Below, one piece after another: positions 56,761 through 64,000 of a stretch of 64,000 nucleotides of DNA. The notes under the pieces were generated by a model, which worked only from the letters and a program-made list of their open reading frames with translations, did not search any database and was not told the origin of the DNA. This stretch comes from Ranitomeya imitator (lineage: Eukaryota). How positions within the stretch are numbered: position 1 is the first letter of the stretch; each line of letters starts with the position of its first letter. Where the stretch lies: NCBI RefSeq assembly GCF_032444005.1, contig NC_091291.1, forward strand, positions 7,316,001-7,380,000, given 5' to 3'. The position numbers and the translations under genes are program-made.

Positions 56761-59313
56761 TCATTTTTTTCCAAAAAACCAATATACAATGAGGATGATG
56801 TAGCAAGTCAAGCCAAATATCAACGCGCTTATATTGAGCCCCCGAGCCGTGGAGGAGTGCGACTTGGCGGAATTTAGGTCATTCTTCTCTGTGGCGTACT
56901 GCGTCTGGAAATAAAGGGAGAAGAGACAGCGGTCAGTGATGGCAGCGCATTTTCAGATTTCTGCTTGCTGTCAGAGGATAAAGTTGACTCTCCTGTCCTA
57001 ACACTACTTAGAGCTAATAATAATAATATTTATATAGCGCCAACATTTTCCGTCGCACTTTACATTATAGAGGGGACTTGTACAGACAATAGACATTACA
57101 GCATAACAGAAATACAGTTCAAGACAGATACCAGGAGGAGTGAGGGCCCTGCTCGCAAGCTACAAACTATGGGGAAAAGGGGAGACACGAGAGGTGGATG
57201 GTAACAATTGCTTTAGTTATTCGGACCAGCTATAGTGTAAGGCTCAGGTGTTCATGTAAAGCTGCATGAACCAGTTAACTGCCTAAGTATGTAGCAGTAC
57301 AGACACAGAGGGCTAATACTGCATAAAGTGCATGAGAACATGATGCGAGGAACCTGATTATGGTTGAAGTTTTTTGAATGGGCCACACAGGGATCATTAG
57401 GTTAATAAGGTGAGGCGGTAGGCCAGTCTGAACAAATTAGTTTTTAGGGCACGCTTAAAACTGTGGGGATTGGGGATTAATCGTATTAGCCTGGGTAGTG
57501 GATTCCAAAGAATCGGCGCAGCACGTGTAAAGTCTTGGAGACGGGAGTGGGAGGTTCTGATTATTGAGGATGCTAACCTGAGGTCATTAGCGGAGCGGAG
57601 GGCACGGGTAGGGTGGTAGACTGATACCAGAGAGGAGATGTAGGGTGGTGCTGAGCCATGGAGGGCACAGGTAGGGTGGTAGGCTGAGACCAGGGAGGAG
57701 ATGTAGGGTGGTGCTGAGCCATGGAGGGCACGGGTAGGGTGGTAGACTGAGACCAGGGAGGAGATGTAGGGTGGTGCTGAGCCATGGAGTGCTTTGTGGA
57801 TGAAGGTAGTAGTTTTGTACTGGATTCTGGAGTGGATGGGTAGCCAGTGTAATGACTGGCACAAGGTAGAGGCATCGGTGTAACGGTTGGTGAGGAATAT
57901 GATCCTGGCTGCAGCATTCAGGACAGATTGGAGCGGGGAGAGTTTGGTAAGAGGGAGGCCGATTAGTAGAGAGTTACAATAGTCCAGACGAGAATGAATA
58001 AGTGAAACAGTAAGAGGTTTTGCAGAGTCGAAAGTAAGAAAAGGGCCAATTCTAGAAATGTTTTTGAGATGCAGATAAGAAGAGCGAGCCAGTGATCGGA
58101 TGTGGGGGGTGATTGAAAGGTCAGAATCAAGGATGACCCCAAGGCAGCGGGCATGTTGCTTTGGAGTAATGGTGGAACCGCACACGGAGATGGCAATGTT
58201 AGGTAGGTTAGTAGAGGGAGAGAACACGAGGAGTTCAGTTTTTGACAGGTTCAGTTTCAGATAGAGGGAGGACATGATGTGAGAGACAGCGGTAAGACAA
58301 TCACTGGTGTTTTCTAAAAAGGTCGGCGTGATAACAGGAGAAGAAGTGTATAGTTGGGTGTCGTCAGCATAGAGATGGTACTGGAAACCAAATCTACTGA
58401 TTGTTTGTCCGATAGGGGCAGTATACAACGAGAAGAGGAGGGGGCCCAGGACTGATCCTTGAGGAACCCCAACAGTAAGGGGAAGGTGAGAGGAGGAGGA
58501 ATCAGCAAAACATACAGTGAAGGATCGGTCAGAGAGATAGGAGGAGAACCAGGAGAGAACGGTGTCCTTGAGGCCGATGGAGCGGAGCATAGTGAGGAGG
58601 AGCTGATGATCCACAGTGTCGAATGCTGCAGAGAGATCCAGGAGAGCTGAGGGTTTGTTATGTTTGTAACAGCACAAATCTCTCTCCTCTCCTAATTGTT
58701 TGTTACAATGTATCAGTGCGGGGAAATGTATCAGTCTGGGGTTCTAGGATGTTTACATATTAGAGGATTATCCAGACTGGATACATTATAACAAACCCTC
58801 AGCATTGAGAAGAATACAATAGGTTATCACATATGTATCACCCCCGGAGCCATCACCCCAAATATTTCTATAGAGAAACATTGTTTAACGAGAAAACAAT
58901 ATAGAGTGACCTAGGGGAATAATGCCACCTGTATTGCCACGCCCGAGGCCTATGCCCATAGGAACCCATTGTTTGTTACCCATCATCATTACCTTACAGG
59001 AGAAGATCAGGGCCACCAATCCCAGGAGCGGACAGCAGCAGAACATATTAATTGCAGACCAGCAGATGTAGTCGTTGTATTCGGGCTCATCCTCCTTCGG
59101 AGGCGCTGTACTCACAGAGACGACGTGTTGGGTTGGTTGGCCGACGATGGGCTGTTGGGGAACCGCGGCATATTGGTTTGGGTGATACGCCTGGTGATGG
59201 GCTGCAGCGTTGATCCCTTGGGTATAGGGGGGTGCAGGCTCCTGGGATTGATGTTGCATCAGAGAGGCCGATTCCTGGAAGTCGCACTTGTAAGTTTTGG
59301 AGTTTTCTTCCAT
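56761..59313 (-). CDS. CD225/dispanin-family membrane protein (IFITM/PRRT-like), 2 exons, 154 aa
   Basis: Exon 1 58993-59313 encodes a Pro/Gln-rich N-terminus then [27 protein letters not shown], donor GTAATG. Exon 2 56761-56904 encodes [47 protein letters not shown], acceptor tttccag. The intron position matches IFITM YSVK/SRD. Candidate AATAAA on - at 56614-56619. Confidence 0.85.
57016..58642 (-). mobile_element. 5'-truncated L2 LINE (RT domain plus 3' tail) in the intron of the CD225 gene
   Basis: Open frame from [12 protein letters not shown] through [13 protein letters not shown] and YADDTQLY to a stop at 57397, then a tail ending (ATT)n. Flanked by the 6-bp direct repeat agagct at 57010-57015 and 58643-58648 (TSD). 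Confidence 0.92.
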
Positions 59314-59700
59314 ATTTCAGATTTTTTTTCGGAAGAATAGCAGCGATGTGACGACGTCTTCTCGATAAATAATCAGATGAGTGAAGATGCATCGTCTAAC
59401 GTCTCAGCTCCGCCAGGAGCCGGCACCATAGTCACTCCCTGTCTGTAGCGTCATAGAACCTTTCATAAGAAGTAATTGCCTAAAAGTCATTATACAAAGA
59501 GGAAAAGAATGTTTCCCATTATCTACAGTTCTTCTCGTTCATTATTGCCGAGCGACCGTTGACACTTTTTTTTTATTTGTGGCAAAATGCTTTAGAGTAA
59601 AAAGTAATAAATATTTTATGATTCTATTAATCGATCTATAGTCACCATTTACCACCGTAGATATAGAGTTCTCCCACTTTAGCACAAAAGTTACTACATA

Positions 59701-61332
59701 CTGTAGTGTGAAAAAGTGTTCACCCCCTTCCTGATTTCCTATTGTTTTGCATGTTTGTCACGCTTAAATGTTTCACATCAGCAAACAAATGAAAATATTA
59801 GACAAAGATAACACAGGTAAACACAAAATGCAGTTTTTAAATGAAGGTCTTTTTTATTAAGGGAAAAAGAAATCCAAACCTACAAAGCACTGTGTGGAAA
59901 AAATGATTGCCCCATCCCCTTTATAACATAATTTAACTGTGTTTTATCACATCTTAGGGCAGTGGAGCTCACATTCCCTAGCCACACCCGGGTCTGATTA
60001 CTGCCACACCTGTTCTCGATCAAGAAATCACTTAAACAGCACCTGCCTGACAAAATTAAGTAGACCAAAAGATCCTCAAATGCTAGACATCATGCCGCAA
60101 TCTACAGAAATTCAGGAAGAAATTGGAAACAGAATAATTAAGATCAGTCTGGAAAAGGTTATAAAGCCATGTCTAAGGTTTGGGAACTCGAGCGAACCAC
60201 AGTGAGAGCTATTATCCACAAATGGTGAAAACATGGAACAGTGGTGACTGGTGAACCTTCCCAGGAGTGGCCGGCCGACTAAAATTACCCCAAGAGCGCA
60301 GCGACGACTCATCCAAGAGGTCAAAAAAGACCCCACAACAACAACCAAAGAACTGCAGGCATCACTTGCCTCAGTGAATGTCAGTGTTCTTGACTCCACC
60401 ATAAGAAAGTGACTGGGCACAAATGGCCTGCATGGCAGACTGCCTAGATAAAAACTGCTGCTAAGCAATAAGAAAATAAAGGGTCATCTCAGTGTTGCCA
60501 GAAAACATCTTGATGACCAAATCCCCTCCCCCCCCCAAGACGTTTGTGAGAATACTGTGTGGACTGGTGAGACAAAAGTTGAAATTTTTGGAGGGTGTCT
60601 GTCCCATTACATCTGGTATAGAAGTAACACAACATTTCAGAAAAGGAACATCATACCAACAGTAAATTATGGTGGTGGTAGTGTGATGGTCTGGGGCTGT
60701 TGTGCTGCTTCAGGACCTTGAAGATTTTCTGTGATAAATGGAACCTTGAATTCTGCTCTCTACCAAGAAATCCTGAAGAAGAATGTCCGGTCATCTGTTC
60801 GTGACCTCAAGCTGCAGCGCACTTGGGTTATGCAGCAAGACAATGATCCAAAACACATCAGAAAGTCCACCTCTAAATGGCTTAAGAAAAACAAAATTAA
60901 GACTTTGGAGTGGCCTAGTCAAAGCCCTGACCTTAATCCAATTGAGATGCTGTAATGACCTTAAAAAGGCGTCTCATGCTCGGAAACCTCCAATGTGCCT
61001 GAATTACAACAATTCTGCAGAGATGAGTGGCCAAAATTCCTCCAGAGCGTTGTAAGAGACTCATTGCCAGTTATCGCAAACGTTGGATTACAGTTGTTGC
61101 TGCTAAGGGCGGCCCATCCCGTAATTAGGTTTAGGGGTCAATCACTTTTTTCACACAGGGCAATGTAGGTTTGGATTTCTTTCTCCCTTAATAATAAAGA
61201 CCTTCATTTCTAAACTGAATCTTGTAATTACTTGCGTTATCTCTGTCTTATATTTACATTTGTTTGGTAATTGGAAACAAACATGGAAAAGAATAGGAAA
61301 TCAGGAAGGGGACGATCACTTTCACACCACTG
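59701..61332 (+). mobile_element. Degenerate full-length Tc1 transposon
   Basis: Imperfect TIRs ctgtagtgtgaaaaagtg ... cacttttcacaccactg. Frameshifted transposase pieces MPQSTEIQEEIGNRII, QQDNDPKH and [14 protein letters not shown]. Confidence 0.85.
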
Positions 61333-61345
61333 TGTATATATATAT

Positions 61346-61777
61346 ATATTGCTCCAAAAAATACAGGGAACACTTAAACAACAGACTATAACTCCAAGTC
61401 AATCACACTTCTGTGAAATCAAACTGTTGTGCAAATGGAATAGACAACAGATGGAAATTATTGGCAATTATCAAGACCCCCTCAATAAAGGAGTGGTTCT
61501 GCAGGTGGGGACCACAGACCACATCTCAGTACCAATGCTTTCTGGCTGATGTTTTGGTCACTTTTGAATGTTGGTTGTGCTTTCACACTGGTGGTAGCAT
61601 AATACGGAGTCTACAACCCACACAAGTGGCTCAGGTAGTGCAGCTCATCCAGGATGGCACATCAATGCGAGCTGTGGCAAGAATGTTTGCTGTGTCTGTC
61701 AGCGTAGTGTCCAGAGGCTGGAGGCGCTATCAGGAGACAGGCTAGTACACCAGGAGACATGGAGGGGGCCATAGGAG
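61346..61777 (+). mobile_element. 5' fragment of a different Tc1-family element
   Basis: TIR-like start attgctccaaaaaatacagggaacac, then the HTH N-terminus [45 protein letters not shown]; truncated. Confidence 0.7.
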
Positions 61778-62458
61778 ATGTTAATCTACCCTATTACTTA
61801 AACCTTCATTCAAGGAGCCTATCCCAGAAATGATGGGATGAAAAGGTGGTGGGAAAACCAGTTTATGGGTTTTTTGGGAAACCGTGGAAAAACAAGATAG
61901 TAGGAGACTCTTTTAAATAGAACTTCTTGGTTTTCTGGTCAAAATACCCATTTTCTCATCTTCCTATACAGGGTGAGAGAGCACATTTAGATGGATTACC
62001 ATGATATATTATTAAAGAATCATCAAATTTTTATTACTTTTTAGTATAAAGCCTTTTGCCACAAATACAAAAACATGTTAGAGATTCCTGAGTCATAACG
62101 GAAGAAGAGAAATGTAATTAATGAGTAATTTCTTACTGTAAATTCTTTATCCTTTAGTCCGAAGCTGCAGCATTAATGGGGATTTGATCCTCCTGGAACA
62201 AAGAACAGGTGATAGAAACTAGTTTAAATTGTCTTCTTTTTATATATACCTGCTGATTCCGCTCCTGCCCATAAGTATCCTGTCTGCTAGGACTATTGGA
62301 TCCCCTTCATAAAGGGAACCAGTAACCAATCAAAATAAGGTTCCGCATGGATAGTGGTGCGGGAAAGAAGGATGATGTGATGAGGGAGGGAGCAGGGGTC
62401 CCAGCTGGAGGAGTGAATCAAAGTACAGGTCTCTCCCTATACACATGTAATATATATA

Positions 62459-63947
62459 CAGTACAGACCAAAAGTTTGGACACACCTTCTCATTTAAAGA
62501 TTTTTCTGTATTTTCATGACTATGAAAATTGTACATTCACACTGAAGGCATCAAAACTATGAATTATCACATGTGGAATTATATACTTAACAAGAAAGTG
62601 TGAAACAACTGAAATTATGTCTTATATTCTAGGTTCTTCAAAGTAGCCACCTTTTGCTTTGATGACTGCTTTGCACAATCTTGGCATTCTCTTGATGAGC
62701 TTCAAGAGGTAGTCACCGGGAATGGTCTTCCAACAATCTTGAAGGAGTTCTCAGAGATGCTTAGCACTTGTTGACCCTTTTGCCTTCACTCTGCGGTTCA
62801 TCTCACCCCATACCATCTGGATTGGGTTCAGGTCTGGTGACTGAGGAGGCCAGGTCATCTGGTGTAGCCCCCCATCACTTTGCTTCTTGGTCAAATAGCC
62901 CTTACACAGCCTGGAGGTGTTTGGGGTCATTGTCCTGTTGAAAAATAAATGATGGTCCAACTAAACGCAAACCGGATGGAATAGCATGCCGCTGCAAGAT
63001 GCTGTGGTAGCCATGCTGGTTCAGTATGCCTTCAATTTTGAATAAATCTCCAACAGTGTCACCAGCAAAGCACCCCCACACCATCACACCTCCTCCTCCA
63101 TGCTTCACGGTGGGAACCAGGCATGTAGAGTCCATCCGTTCACCTTTTCTGTGTCGCACAAAGACACGGTGGTTGGAACCAAAGATCTCAAATTTGGACT
63201 CATCAGACCAAAGCACAGATTTTCAATGGTCTAATGTCCATTCCTTGTGTTCTTTAGCCCAAACAAGTCTCTTCTGCTTGTTGCCTGTCCTTAGCAGTGG
63301 TTTCCTAGCAGCTATTTTACCATGAAGGCTACTGCACAAAGTCTCCTCTTACCAGTTGTTGTAGAGATGTGTCTGCTGCTAGAACTCTGTGTGGCATTGA
63401 CCTGGTCTCTTATCTAAGCTGCTGTTAACCTGCGATTTCTGAGGCTGGTGACTCGGATAAACTTATCCTCAGAAGCAGAGGTGACTCTTGGTCTTCCTTT
63501 CCTGGGGCGGTCCTCATGTGAGCCAGTTTCTTTGTAGCGCTTGATGGTTTTTGCCACTGCACTTGGGGACACTTTCAATGTTTTCCCAATTTTTCGGACT
63601 GACTGACCTTCATTTCTTAAAGTAATGATGGCCACTCGTTTTTCTTTACTTAGCTCCATAATACAAATTCTAACAGTCTATTCAGTAGGACTCTCAGCTG
63701 TGTATCCACCAGACTTCTGCACAACACAACTGATGGTCCCAACCCCATTTATAAGGCAAGAAGTCCCACTTATTAAACCTGACAGGGCACACCTGTGACG
63801 TGAAAACCATTCCCGGTGACTACCTCTTGAAGCTCATCAAGAGAATGCCAAGAGTGTGCAAAGCAGTCATCAAAGCAAAAGGTGGCTACTTTGAAGAACC
63901 TAGAATATAAGACATAATTTCAGTTGTTTCACACTTTTTTGTTAAGT
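62459..63947 (-). mobile_element. Degenerate Tc1 transposon with one truncated long inverted repeat
   Basis: TA/CAGTACAGACCAAAAGTTTGG end; ~62580-62675 is inverted relative to ~63855-63947. Frameshifted transposase pieces MELSKEKRVAII...GRPR, WSDESKFE...QQDNDPKH and [12 protein letters not shown]. Confidence 0.85.
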
Positions 63948-64000
63948 TAAAATTATTTAATCTGTCCAATTACTTTTGGTCCCTTTAAAAACAGGGTGGC

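Noticed and set aside
57397-58677. 426-aa reverse-transcriptase-like ORF as a host gene
   Set aside because: It is a 5'-truncated L2 with a TSD; the apparent N-terminus upstream of 58642 is flanking intron sequence.

Overview
Vertebrate genomic DNA, by inference from a frog (gene sequences and repeat families look anuran, possibly a dendrobatid; not provable here). About 40% is tandem repeat, and there is one 135-N gap at 14411-14545. Genes reconstructed by hand from splice sites and protein motifs, in order: the last three coding exons of CASP9 (+, partial); a complete 8-exon chymotrypsin-C-like protease (+, 269 aa); a two-exon elastase-2 (CELA2-like) pseudogene remnant (+); a complete 7-exon TMEM147 (+, 225 aa); a complete 23-exon gastric H+/K+-ATPase alpha, ATP4A (-, 1032 aa), tail-to-tail with TMEM147; and a two-exon CD225/dispanin (IFITM-like) gene (-, 154 aa). 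Mobile elements: one intact Tc1, three degenerate or partial Tc1s, two 5'-truncated L2 LINEs, an L1 ORF1 remnant, MITEs and a probable Helentron-type element. Nearly all long ORFs in the supplied track are repeat artefacts. The most unusual observation is ATP4A intron 3: apart from the Tc1, it is about 55-60 tandem copies of a complete ~75-nt mini-intron, so every junction reads acceptor-G-donor. Also notable are satellites sharing a core with the inverted arms of a dispersed element, degenerate hammerhead-ribozyme-like cores, and the adjacency of genes that sit on human 1p36 and 19q13.
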